A stretch of DNA of 64,000 nt from Acidimicrobiia bacterium (GTDB taxonomy: Bacteria; Actinomycetota; Acidimicrobiia; Acidimicrobiales; JANYDT01). The stretch lies in the NCBI GenBank assembly GCA_031368215.1, contig JANLRD010000135.1:11805-75804 (forward strand), written 5' to 3'. Positions 28,157 through 37,258 of the stretch are shown piece after piece (position 1 is the first letter of the stretch; each line of letters begins with the position of its first letter). The position numbers and the translations under genes are program-made. The notes below the pieces were generated by a model. The model was given only the letters and a program-made list of their open reading frames with translations. It made no database searches and was not told the origin of the DNA.

Positions 28157-29500
28157 TCACGAACGGTCGGCTCGGAGGCGCCGCACCGTTGGCGATTCGA
28201 ACCGGATAGGAAGAACGAGACGAAAGCGCGGCGAGGGTCCGGGCGCATCGAGGCTGAGCCGGCCGCCCTCAGCGTGCGCGAGGGTTGCGGCGAGCGACAG
28301 ACCGATTCCGTGTCCTCGCGCGCCGGGTGCCCGACGAGCGAACGCGGTTTCGGCGTCTTTGAGCCCGGTGCCCTGATCGTCGACGGTGACCGTCACGTCG
28401 GTCCCCTCGTGGCCTCCGACAGTCACGGTGACGGTTCCGTTCCCGTGCTCGAGCGCGTTGTCCAGCAGAACCGTGACGATGTTCTCCAGGGCCGAACGCG
28501 AGAACATCGCACGTCGGTCCCCTCGATCGGGAGCATTGAGCTTGAGCATTCTTCGGTTCGCGGAGTATCTGCCGCGCTGGCGCGACACGACCCGCTCGAC
28601 CACGGCCGCGACGTCGATGACGTCGCGGTCCACGGGCTGATCGCGGGTGAGGGCAAGAAGGTGGGTGACGGTCTCCTCCAAGCGGTCGAGGTCGTCGAGT
28701 GCATCGGTGATCACGGACTCGTGATTCTCACGCGGGGCGAACAGTTCTGCTTCGAGGACCGTGCGTAGCCCGGTTATCGGCCCGCGCAGCTGATGCGAAA
28801 CGTCAGCGGAGAACGCGCGCTCGCGCTCGACCAAGTCGCCGATGCGTGCGGCCGCGGCGTTGAGTGCCCTGCCGGCCTCGTCCATCTCCCGAATGCGCGC
28901 CGGCGGGACCCGCGCGGTGAAGTCACCGTCGCCGAGCCGGATCGCTCCGAGACCCAACTGCGTAATTGGCTTCACGAGCCGGTGGGCGGCGGCATAGGCG
29001 ACGGCCGTCGCCAGGGCTAACACTGCCAAGGCCCGAAGGGTGATCAAGAACATGCGCTCACGGACGCGACCGGAGATGACCTGCGTCGGTTCTGCGACCC
29101 GAACCACGCCTGTCACCCGTGTGCCATCTCGGAGGGCGTCGGCGGCGACACGAAGCCCTGCGTGGGTGCCGACGTGTGGCTCGCCGTCGACCAGGGCGGC
29201 CTCGACGGGAGCGTCCCCGATATCCGGGCCGGCTCCGCTGACCCGGCGCTGCTGCAGGTCGTAGAGGGCGATCGTGCGTTCTTCGGTCTGCGCCTGAGTC
29301 TGCTCTTCAAGCCGCAGCGCCGCGGGGTTCGCGATGACGTCGACCGGTGCGATGCGTGCCACCCTGCTGACCTCGCGCACCAGGGAGCTGTCGGATTCCG
29401 AACGGATCCTCGTTCGCTCGACGAGAGCGAGCGGAACGGCGAACGCTACGATGGCCACCACCGCGGTTCCGACGAGTGCGACCAGGAGGCGGTTGCGCAT
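28157..29500 (-). CDS. sensor histidine kinase (TM-sensor-TM-HAMP-HisKA-HATPase_c)
   Basis: This is the 3' part of ORF 28157..29656. The ATG at 29500 lies just past the response-regulator stop at 29502. Motifs: FSADVSHQLRGPITGL (H box), LDNALEHG (N box), DDQGTGL, GHGIGLS. Confidence 0.85.
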   Translation of the reverse strand: MRNRLLVALVGTAVVAIVAFAVPLALVERTRIRSESDSSLVREVSRVARIAPVDVIANPAALRLEEQTQAQTEERTIALYDLQQRRVSGAGPDIGDAPVEAALVDGEPHVGTHAGLRVAADALRDGTRVTGVVRVAEPTQVISGRVRERMFLITLRALAVLALATAVAYAAAHRLVKPITQLGLGAIRLGDGDFTARVPPARIREMDEAGRALNAAAARIGDLVERERAFSADVSHQLRGPITGLRTVLEAELFAPRENHESVITDALDDLDRLEETVTHLLALTRDQPVDRDVIDVAAVVERVVSRQRGRYSANRRMLKLNAPDRGDRRAMFSRSALENIVTVLLDNALEHGNGTVTVTVGGHEGTDVTVTVDDQGTGLKDAETAFARRAPGARGHGIGLSLAATLAHAEGGRLSLDAPGPSPRFRLVLPIRFESPTVRRLRADRS

Positions 29501-29501
29501 G

Positions 29502-30230
29502 TCAGCAGGTCCGGTCGCCGAACTCGAGGCGGTACCCCACGCCGCGGAGTGTGTCGATCCGGACGGCGTCTCCATCGCCCGTGGCATCGCGAAGTTTGCG
29601 CCGCAATCCGGCGACGTGCACATCGAGTGTCTTGGTCGATCCGAACCAGTGCTCATCCCAGACGCGGGCCATCAGATCCTCACGCCGCACAACCTTCCCG
29701 GAATGGGCAACGAGCTCGGCAAGCAGGTCGAACTCCTTCGCCCGAAGCTCGAGCTCGACACCCCGCACGGTGACCCGACGCGACGCGTGATCGACGTCGA
29801 GCACGACCGGCGGAGCGTGTCCATCATCAAGCGACGGAGTTCTTGTTGCTGACTCGTCGGTATCGTCGCTCCGGCGGCAGTGCACCCGAATCCTCGCCAG
29901 CAGCTCGGCGAGACGGAACGGCTTGGCGATGTAGTCAACTGCGCCGGCGTCGAGGCCGACGACCACGTCGATCTCGTCGGTGCGGGCGGTAAGCATGAGG
30001 ATCCGCGGAGCTGGGCTCCGTGAGGCGATCTCCCGGCAGAGATCGACTCCGTCGACATCCGGAAGGCCCAGGTCGAGCAGCACGAGGTCCGGACGTTCGG
30101 AGATCAGCAGCTCTCGGGCACGTTCGCCGGTTTCGGCCCGTGATACGTCGTATCCCTGACTGGTCAGCGCGCGTACGAGTGGGTTCGCAATCCGGTCATC
30201 GTCTTCGACGACGAGGATCCGACCCCTCAT
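29502..30230 (-). CDS. OmpR-family response regulator
   Basis: This is the 3' part of ORF 29502..30782, from ATG 30230. Motifs: MRGRILVVEDDD, LVLLDLGLPDVDG, KPF, and the winged helix LRAKEFDLLAEL...LRGVGYRL. Confidence 0.9.
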   Translation of the reverse strand: MRGRILVVEDDDRIANPLVRALTSQGYDVSRAETGERARELLISERPDLVLLDLGLPDVDGVDLCREIASRSPAPRILMLTARTDEIDVVVGLDAGAVDYIAKPFRLAELLARIRVHCRRSDDTDESATRTPSLDDGHAPPVVLDVDHASRRVTVRGVELELRAKEFDLLAELVAHSGKVVRREDLMARVWDEHWFGSTKTLDVHVAGLRRKLRDATGDGDAVRIDTLRGVGYRLEFGDRTC

Positions 30231-30334
30231 GTCACCGGCACCGTCCACTCCCGGGACCCTAGTGGGTTCGTCGTGAGGACCGACTGAGAGCTCGGGTCCC
30301 CAACGGAGTACTTCGACGAGGGACGCCGGGTGGT

Positions 30335-33300
30335 TCATGCCGCGGTCTGGAGGTCGGCCTGTACGGACGGGAGGACCCCCGCAACCGTTCCGTAGCGGGT
30401 CACCGTCCTCCAGTAATCGGTCTCGCCGCCGAGCCACTTCGTCATCGAAGCGCCGATGGCATACAGCTGTATCGGTCGCCACACGAGACGAAGCAACGGG
30501 ACACACAGCAGCATCGACCAACGTTCTCGGTTGAGCACGACCACGACAGCACAGACAGCGAGGTCGGCGGCAACCGACAGCGCCACGACGCCGCCGGCCT
30601 CGTTGAAGTTGTGAACAAGCAACAGGTAGGCGAGGAAGAGGTCCGTGAACGGACCGAACAACGGCAGCACCACCTGGGACAGGAGCATCCATGGGAGCCC
30701 GAAAAGGCCCACTCGACCACCGCCGCGCGACAAGAGGCGGCGCTCGTGTTTGCCAAGCAGCTCGATGGTGCCGAAGGACCAACGCCGGCGTTGACGGATG
30801 ACGTCTCGCATCGTCTCCGGTGCCTCGGTATGGGCGATCGCCCGGGGTTCATAGGGGATCGACCATCCTGCGGAGAGGAGCGTGACGGTCAGGTCGGCGT
30901 CTTCGACGAGCGTGTCCGTGCTGTACCCACCTGTGCTGAGGACAGCGGATCGTCGGAACGCTCCGGCGGCCCCGGGCACCACCGCCATGACATCGGCCGC
31001 AGCCTGAGCCCGCCGGTCGAGGTTCAGCGAGACCACGTACTCGAGTGCCTGCAATTTCCCGAAGAGCGTCTTCTGGTTGCCGACCTTGACGTTGCCGGCG
31101 ACTGCTCCGACTCTGGGGTTGTCGAAGTGCGGCAGCATGGCCTCCACGAGGCCGGCGTCGACGACCGTATCGGCATCGATCACCACAACGATCTCGCCGC
31201 AGGCCTCCGAGAACGCGAGATTGAGCGCGCCGGCCTTCTTCGACGCGCATTGCGAGATGACGCGGACTGCGGGGTCCCCGGCCGCAGCCTGCTTCGCGAG
31301 GGTCGCGGTGTCGTCGGTCGATCCGTCGTCGATGACCAAGATCTCGATGGCGCCCCGGCCTTCGGGATGCCGCAACGCCTGCAGCGATGTGACCGTCTTG
31401 GCGATGACGACGGCTTCGTTGTGCGCCGGCACGGCAATCGTCACGGTCGGCCAGGGAGCGCCGGTCCGAGGGGCGGTGGCGGGCGGTATGCGGCGGCGCC
31501 ACCTTCGATGACGCGCAGCCTGCAGCAGGGCAAGTGGCACCGACCATACGAGCCGCGCGATCGACAACATCGCTACGACGGCCAGGAGGAGCAGAGTCGT
31601 TTCCCGGCCGGCCACCCACATCCGAAAGCCGGCGACGATGGCCAGGCCTCGAAGACGGGCGAAGACGCCGTCACGCGGCGCGTAAGGCGACCCGATCGAG
31701 CCATCCAGCCCGTCAACCGTGGTGAAGAGATAGCCCCGCCGCTTCAGATCCTCGATGATCCGCGGCAGTGCAGCGAGCGTTTGCGACCGGTCGCCACCGC
31801 CGTCGTGGAGGAGTACGACGGATCGCTCTTGCATCTGCGACGCGACTCTCGTGGCGATCGTCGCTGCCCCCGGCTGTGCCCAGTCCTGGGGGTCGACGTT
31901 CCACGCCACGGCGTGCTCCCCGAGATCGTTGGCGAGTTGATCACCGCCAACCTTCTTGCCGGACATGTCGCCGGCCCCGTAGGGCGAACGGAACAGAACC
32001 GCCTTGTGGCCCGTGATGCCCTCGATCACTGCTGCCCCGCCCAGGATCTCGACCTTGGCACGCAGGGTGCTTATCGTTGCGAGATTCTTGTGGGAGTAAG
32101 TGTGGTTGCCGATCACATCGCCGTCACGCATCGCTTCCCGAACCAGGCCCTGATGCTGCTGGGCTTGCTGGCCGATCACGAAGAACGTGGCTGGCACATG
32201 CTCGCGTCGCAACACCCCCAGGAGTTTCGGAGTCCAGCGGGGGTCGGGGCCGTCGTCGAAGGTCAGCGCCACGACACCGTTTACATGCACGTTCTCAACG
32301 GCACGTGACCCGCGTGCTCGAGTGTGGGAGGGCGATGCCAGCGGCCGCTGGCGCTTTGCCGCGGCGGGCAACGCGCCAAGCGCCCCCGGCTCCTCCGCAC
32401 CGACCCGCCACAGCGCCACACCTCCGAGGTGACGATCGAGGGCGAGTTGGGAGCGCAGCGCCATGGAACGGCGGTCGGGATACCAGATCGTCCGGTGATC
32501 GGCGAGCGTCCCGGTTGCCTCGCCGGCCGCGGCATCGAAGGACACCCTGGCGCCTGGCGCTGCCGCAAGGGCCGCAGCCTGACGAGCCGAGTATTCGACT
32601 GCGTGACCGGGCGCGGACCATGCGTACCCGTATGACGCAATGCCGAGCAGGAGCTTCGACGACGGGATCCAGCGGCGCGCCAGGTCCAGGCCCGCGCGTG
32701 TCCAGTCGAGCGAGGCGATCGGGCCGGCCGCCGTAGTCAGCTCGTGCTGGTCGTACGCCATCCACGTCACCCGGTCTGCCGCGCGGGCGATGGCCTTCAT
32801 GTCATAGGCGACAAGGTCCGGATCTTTCGGGTCCGTGAACGCGGGAACGGCCACGTCCATCGTGCGTGATCCGAGTGCCTCATGCAGATCCCTGAGGAAC
32901 GACGGGAACGAACGGCGCACCCCCGGCGTGAGGTTCTCGAAATCGATGACGACGCCGTCCCACCCCTTCTGCGAGATGAGCTTGGTAAGTGCACTTATCA
33001 CCTCGCGTCGTGAGTGCGGATCATCGAGTAACCGTTCGACCCTGTCCCCGTTGAACTTGCTGCCGTCGAAGTTCGAGACGACAGCGAGCGCGCGCGTGAG
33101 CTGAGCGTGGGCCCTGACCAGCGTGTCGCTGGCATCGGCGACTTCGAGTGTCCCAGATTTCTGTCCCAGGGTGATGCCGGTCGCGGCAAGCGAAGTCACA
33201 CTGGTGACATCAGCGTCCACGCCGGCTGACGTGTCCTCGTAGTCGGACGCGACATAGCCGAGGACGTCAAACGAGGGCCGCGCGTTCGTCAACGGTGATG

Positions 33301-33622
33301 ACGTCCTCGTCGCGGCCGACTCTGCGGACAGGTTGATCACCAGAGGCGAGGGCCGCTGAGAATATACGGGAAGAGCTAGAGCGGCCACAACCCCACAGAT
33401 CAACAAGACCGTTGTGGTGGCGATGGCCGTCCGACGAAGACGTCGCGGGCCGCGCCAATGAACAGCGGCGTAGATGGCCGCGACTGAAACACCGAACACT
33501 GCGGCGACGAGACCATCGACCGTTGCGAGCGCAGCCATGACGACGGCCACGACGGTAACTCCGATGATCTTGCGCGGTTCGACGCGTCGCGCCGCGGGGG
33601 TTGCCGTCGGGAAGAAGGCCAT
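30335..33622 (-). CDS. three-domain exopolysaccharide enzyme: GH18-like / CE4 (NodB) deacetylase / processive GT2 synthase
   Basis: ORF 30335..33775, with the ATG at 33622 (MAFFP) preferred. GH18-like: GWDGVVIDFENL. CE4: VALTFDDGPDP and GNHTYSH. GT2: LVIDDGSTDDT, VIDADT, VEDADLT, QRRRWSFG. TM segments lie at both ends. Confidence 0.85.
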   Translation of the reverse strand: MAFFPTATPAARRVEPRKIIGVTVVAVVMAALATVDGLVAAVFGVSVAAIYAAVHWRGPRRLRRTAIATTTVLLICGVVAALALPVYSQRPSPLVINLSAESAATRTSSPLTNARPSFDVLGYVASDYEDTSAGVDADVTSVTSLAATGITLGQKSGTLEVADASDTLVRAHAQLTRALAVVSNFDGSKFNGDRVERLLDDPHSRREVISALTKLISQKGWDGVVIDFENLTPGVRRSFPSFLRDLHEALGSRTMDVAVPAFTDPKDPDLVAYDMKAIARAADRVTWMAYDQHELTTAAGPIASLDWTRAGLDLARRWIPSSKLLLGIASYGYAWSAPGHAVEYSARQAAALAAAPGARVSFDAAAGEATGTLADHRTIWYPDRRSMALRSQLALDRHLGGVALWRVGAEEPGALGALPAAAKRQRPLASPSHTRARGSRAVENVHVNGVVALTFDDGPDPRWTPKLLGVLRREHVPATFFVIGQQAQQHQGLVREAMRDGDVIGNHTYSHKNLATISTLRAKVEILGGAAVIEGITGHKAVLFRSPYGAGDMSGKKVGGDQLANDLGEHAVAWNVDPQDWAQPGAATIATRVASQMQERSVVLLHDGGGDRSQTLAALPRIIEDLKRRGYLFTTVDGLDGSIGSPYAPRDGVFARLRGLAIVAGFRMWVAGRETTLLLLAVVAMLSIARLVWSVPLALLQAARHRRWRRRIPPATAPRTGAPWPTVTIAVPAHNEAVVIAKTVTSLQALRHPEGRGAIEILVIDDGSTDDTATLAKQAAAGDPAVRVISQCASKKAGALNLAFSEACGEIVVVIDADTVVDAGLVEAMLPHFDNPRVGAVAGNVKVGNQKTLFGKLQALEYVVSLNLDRRAQAAADVMAVVPGAAGAFRRSAVLSTGGYSTDTLVEDADLTVTLLSAGWSIPYEPRAIAHTEAPETMRDVIRQRRRWSFGTIELLGKHERRLLSRGGGRVGLFGLPWMLLSQVVLPLFGPFTDLFLAYLLLVHNFNEAGGVVALSVAADLAVCAVVVVLNRERWSMLLCVPLLRLVWRPIQLYAIGASMTKWLGGETDYWRTVTRYGTVAGVLPSVQADLQTAA

Positions 33623-33793
33623 GTCGCCATCATGTGCGGTGTCGGGCAAACGGTCGGCAAAGCCCACGACAAGAATCGGTTGCCAGGGTTTTGCCTTCCG
33701 GTGGTGCTGCACGGTCCGGCCGTTAACGCGCCCCCCGTCACGATCAGCGCACCTCCCGGTACCAGCCGGGTTCATCGAACAAGGAGCACTGCA

Positions 33794-34246
33794 ATGCGTC
33801 GTACCCTCATCATCTCGTGCATGACTCTGGCGGCCGCCGCCTTCGGCATGACCGCCGCATCGGCTGCCCCTGCAACGACCTCGCCCGCTGCAACGACCTC
33901 GCCCGCTGCAAGCAAGACCCCGACGACAGCGAAGTCCATCGTGTCTTCCACCGAGAAGGCGGTCCAGGCGGTCAAGAAAGCAGCGACGACCCCGGCGGTG
34001 AAAGCTGCCTCACCGATTGCCGCGACTCCGAAATCTGTCTCACCGAGTACGGCGAGAAAGAAGGTCAACATCAACACGGCGAGCAAGGCGCAACTCGAGA
34101 GCGTGAAGGGCATCGGCCCCGTGATGGCATCCGAAATCATGAAACACCGGCCCTATACGACCGTCACGCAGCTCGAGACCAAGCTTGCCAAGAAGTTCTC
34201 CGCGAAGACGGTCAAGAAGATCGAGCCGAACGTCACCATCGGTTGA
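33794..34246 (+). CDS. secreted ComEA-like helix-hairpin-helix DNA-binding protein
   Basis: This is the 3' part of ORF 33632..34246. The ATG at 33794 follows AAGGAG (33781-33786). Signal peptide: MRRTLIISCMTLAAAAFGMTAASA. A T/P/A-rich linker follows, then VNINTASKAQLESVKGIGPVMASEI (HhH). Confidence 0.75.
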   Translation: MRRTLIISCMTLAAAAFGMTAASAAPATTSPAATTSPAASKTPTTAKSIVSSTEKAVQAVKKAATTPAVKAASPIAATPKSVSPSTARKKVNINTASKAQLESVKGIGPVMASEIMKHRPYTTVTQLETKLAKKFSAKTVKKIEPNVTIG

Positions 34247-34306
34247 TCGATCGGTCCGACCCCGGGTCCACTTCTGGGTGAGTTCGGCGCTCCTGCGCTG
34301 ACCGGT

Positions 34307-34343
34307 GAAAGCGTCGCTCCTTCCCCAGAGGAGCGACGCTTTC
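34307..34343 (+). terminator. 15-bp perfect stem-loop downstream of the ComEA-like gene (no U-tract)
   Basis: gaaagcgtcgctcct (34307-34321) pairs with aggagcgacgctttc (34329-34343) around a 7-nt loop. It lies 61 nt after the stop. Confidence 0.5.
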
Positions 34344-34575
34344 GCGCGGTCACTGCCTTCGGCGCGACGATCGACCGGCACGACTCGGGTTTCACGGCGC
34401 CCCGCTGGAGCGGAGGCCGACACCGCCGACCGCCGAGGGAGCCCACACGCGATTGACGGGCTGGCGAGGGGGCACACCAGCCCGTCGAGTTACCTGATCA
34501 GCGTGCCTGATTCCTGCCCCAGCTGTCGAACAGTTGTCGGTGATGTCTTCGATCATCAGAACAGATGACGCTCCC

Positions 34576-34595
34576 CCTACCTACTAGTAGGTAGG
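34576..34595. promoter_or_regulatory. 20-nt perfect palindrome CCTACCTACTAGTAGGTAGG immediately upstream of the desaturase start
   Basis: I read it directly from the sequence. It ends 9 nt before ATG 34605. It is comparatively AT-rich. Confidence 0.5.
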
Positions 34596-34604
34596 CTGGC
34601 GATC

Positions 34605-35624
34605 ATGCTTTCCACGATGACTGATGTGCGCCCCGAGGACCGGGCGCTGCTGGCGGAACTGTCGGGTGCAGCAGAGCGTCTGCTGGAGCGCCACCTCGCC
34701 ACGTCCAAGCCCTGGTACTCCCACGAGATCATCCCCTGGTCGCTCGGACGGGACTTCGTCCCCGGTGAAGCGTGGTCCCCCGACGACGTGGTCCTTCCCG
34801 ACGCGGTGCGAAGCGCACTGTTCGTCAACCTCTTGACAGAGGACAACCTTCCGTACTACTTCGAGACCATCGACCGGATGTTCGGCAAGAACGACATCTG
34901 GGGCACCTGGTCGCATCGATGGACGGCGGAAGAGGCACGGCACTCGATCGCCATCCGCGACTACCTCGTCGTCACCCGGGCCATCGACCCGTGGGCACTC
35001 GAAGACGCCCGCATGGCGCAGATGAGCGGCGGTGAGGTCCCCCAACCGCAGACGGCGGCCGACGGCTTCGTCTACGTTGCGCTGCAGGAGCTCGCCACCC
35101 GCATCTCCCACCGCAACACCGGCAAGCTGCTGCAGGCCGAGATGGAAAAATCGGAGCATCCGGCGGCGCGTGCCGGGTACGACGTCATGGCCCGCGTCGC
35201 AGCCGACGAAAACTTCCACTACCTCTTCTACCGTGACATCACGTCGGCGGCCATCGAGGTCGATCCGTCGTCGGTCGTGTGCGCCATCGACCGCCAGATC
35301 AGCGACTTCGAGATGCCGGGTACGGGGATCGTCGGCTTCTCCGAGCACGCTCGGGCGATCGCCAGCGCCGGCATCTACAACCTGCCGATCCACTACGGCC
35401 AGATCCTCGCGCCAGTCGTCCTTCGTCACTGGAACCTCGAAGGCATCGAGGGCCTGAGCGCCGAGGCCGAGCAGGCCCGCGAGCGCATCGTCACGCTGCT
35501 CGGCCGCCTCGAGAAGGCGTCTGCCCGAATGAACGAGCGCACGGCACGCCGGGCGGCGCGGGCCGAGGCCGACGGCGCACCGGCCCGCACGGTGATCGCC
35601 GACGACGACCTCGTCACCGTCTGA
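34605..35624 (+). CDS. acyl-ACP desaturase (soluble di-iron, DesA1/DesA2-like)
   Basis: ORF 34605..35624. Motifs: LLTEDNLPYY, WTAEEARHSIAIRDYL (EExRH), ALQELATRISHRNTG, DENFHYLFY. Confidence 0.9.
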   Translation: MLSTMTDVRPEDRALLAELSGAAERLLERHLATSKPWYSHEIIPWSLGRDFVPGEAWSPDDVVLPDAVRSALFVNLLTEDNLPYYFETIDRMFGKNDIWGTWSHRWTAEEARHSIAIRDYLVVTRAIDPWALEDARMAQMSGGEVPQPQTAADGFVYVALQELATRISHRNTGKLLQAEMEKSEHPAARAGYDVMARVAADENFHYLFYRDITSAAIEVDPSSVVCAIDRQISDFEMPGTGIVGFSEHARAIASAGIYNLPIHYGQILAPVVLRHWNLEGIEGLSAEAEQARERIVTLLGRLEKASARMNERTARRAARAEADGAPARTVIADDDLVTV

Positions 35625-35716
35625 GGGACTGCCGCTCCGCTCTGGTGCGCCAAGACGAGCCAGGCGCCGCCGACCTGGCTGGCGCGCGCCGGCCGGATCT
35701 GGCGGCTCCCCGGTGA

Positions 35717-35789
35717 TGCGGCCAAACACCTCCCAACCGCGTTCAGAGGTGTTTGACCCCCATATATGGGGGCAACCTCTCTCCCAACG
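35717..35789 (+). repeat. double-hairpin intergenic repeat, copy 2
   Basis: Sequence tgcggcc AAACACCTCccaaccgcgttcaGAGGTGTTT ga CCCCCATATATGGGGG c AACCTCTCTCCCAACG. Confidence 0.85.
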
Positions 35790-35813
35790 GGTTGGGGCCG
35801 GTACGGTGGTGGT

Positions 35814-37217
35814 GTGTCTGTCGATCTTGGTGCGGGGCCTCTCACGACGACGCAGGCATTGGCGTTCACCTCTCGGGTGCGGGCCGGGCACAAGGGCATC
35901 GTCAGCGCCGGACTGACCACCCTCGACGGCCGCCTCGACGAGCGCGAGATCGTGGCGTTCGTCATCGAGCAATCCGACCGTGGGGGTGCCATCGACGCCG
36001 ACGACGGCGAAGTGCTGGCCGAGGCTGCCCATCTGGCGCTGTCGCTCCGCCGCCCGCTGGTCGGGGTGCTCCACTCGACCGGGGTCGACGTCAATGCCGG
36101 GCTGGCTGCACTCCATGGCTGGGGACGGGCCGCCCGTGCCCTCGCCGATTGCTCCGGCCTCGTCCCCGTGGTGCTGGTGGTCGACGGAGCCGCGGTCTCG
36201 GGTGCGGCACTTCTTCTCGGCCTCGCCGATCTTGTGATCATGACGAGCGTGTCCTACGCCTTCGTCAGCGGTCCGTCGATGGTCGCGGACTTCACCGGAA
36301 TGATCCTCGACAAGGAAACGCTCGGCGGCGCCGCCACCCATGCGCGCCAATCCGGCCTTCCGGCCGCGGTGGTCGACGACGTCACGTCGGCGCTCGACAT
36401 TGTCGCCACGCTCCTCTCCTACCTTCCCGACCATGGCGACGCGCTTCCGCCGGAGATCCCGACCGACGACCCGGTTGAGCGCGACGCCCCGGAGCTCAAT
36501 GAGCTCATTCCGGCCTCATCGACCGGGAGCTACGACGTACGGGCCGTGGCCCGGGCGGTGTGTGACGCCGAGTCGGTCCTCGAAGTACGGGCCCGTTGGG
36601 CGCCCAATCTCGTCACGGCGTTCGCGACCGTCGGCGGGAGACCGATCGGCATCGTCGCCAACCAGCCACTCGCCCTCGCCGGGACGCTCGACATCGCGGC
36701 CGCGCAGAAAGGCGCCTGGTTCGTGGCGCTGTGCGACTCGTTCAACCTCCCGATCCTCACCCTGGTCGACACGCCCGGCTACTTCCCGGGGAAGGATCTC
36801 GAATGGCGGGGCATGATTCGCCACGGAGCGCAGATGGCCTTTGCCTACGCCGAGGCCACGGTGCCGCGGGTCTGCGTCGTGCTGCGCAAGGCCTACGGCG
36901 GCGCGTTCATCGTCATGGACTGCAAGACGATGGGCAACGACCTCTGCCTCGCCTGGCCCGTCGCGGAGCTGGCGGTAATGGGAGCCAAGGGTGCCGTGCA
37001 GATCCTCTACCGCCGTGAGAGCGAGCAGGAGCGGCTGGTCCGCGAGCTCGATTACGCGGCCGAGTACCTGAACCCCTACGTGGCCGCGGAGCGCGGGTAC
37101 GTCGACGCGGTCATCGAACCGGGAGACACGCGGCGACTCGTCGCCAGGTCGTTCGACCTCTTGCGGACGAAGCGGGAGATGCTTCGGGGGAAGAAGCACG
37201 GCAATTCACCACTCTAG
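35814..37217 (+). CDS. acyl-CoA carboxylase carboxyltransferase (beta) subunit
   Basis: ORF 35766..37217. Motifs: IGIVANQPLALAGTLDIAAAQKGAWFV, LVDTPGYFPG, RKAYGGAFIVM. The longest ORF starts inside the repeat, so I placed the start at in-frame GTG 35814. The start is uncertain. Confidence 0.85.
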   Translation: MSVDLGAGPLTTTQALAFTSRVRAGHKGIVSAGLTTLDGRLDEREIVAFVIEQSDRGGAIDADDGEVLAEAAHLALSLRRPLVGVLHSTGVDVNAGLAALHGWGRAARALADCSGLVPVVLVVDGAAVSGAALLLGLADLVIMTSVSYAFVSGPSMVADFTGMILDKETLGGAATHARQSGLPAAVVDDVTSALDIVATLLSYLPDHGDALPPEIPTDDPVERDAPELNELIPASSTGSYDVRAVARAVCDAESVLEVRARWAPNLVTAFATVGGRPIGIVANQPLALAGTLDIAAAQKGAWFVALCDSFNLPILTLVDTPGYFPGKDLEWRGMIRHGAQMAFAYAEATVPRVCVVLRKAYGGAFIVMDCKTMGNDLCLAWPVAELAVMGAKGAVQILYRRESEQERLVRELDYAAEYLNPYVAAERGYVDAVIEPGDTRRLVARSFDLLRTKREMLRGKKHGNSPL

Positions 37218-37258
37218 GTGAAAGTTTGAGGCGAAACAGGCTAAAGATCCCACGGTGA

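Noticed and set aside
28190-28209. tRNA T-loop-like string gattcgaacc
   Set aside because: It lies inside the 3' end of the histidine kinase CDS. No acceptor or anticodon stems can be drawn around it. I found no tRNA or rRNA in the window.
35713-35916. Short ORFs reading through the repeats with a recurring peptide (..PHIWGQPLSQR.. in 35713..35916 and 50248..50514; ..PIYGGNLSPN.. in 11909..12652 and 35753..36478)
   Set aside because: The peptide similarity simply reflects the repeated DNA. The ORFs use different frames, starts and stops in each copy and have no consistent SD spacing.
34584-36434. 616-aa ORF on the minus strand
   Set aside because: It runs antisense through the desaturase, repeat copy 2 and the carboxyltransferase. 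Its composition (R/G/D/V/A) and lack of motifs mark it as a high-GC artefact.
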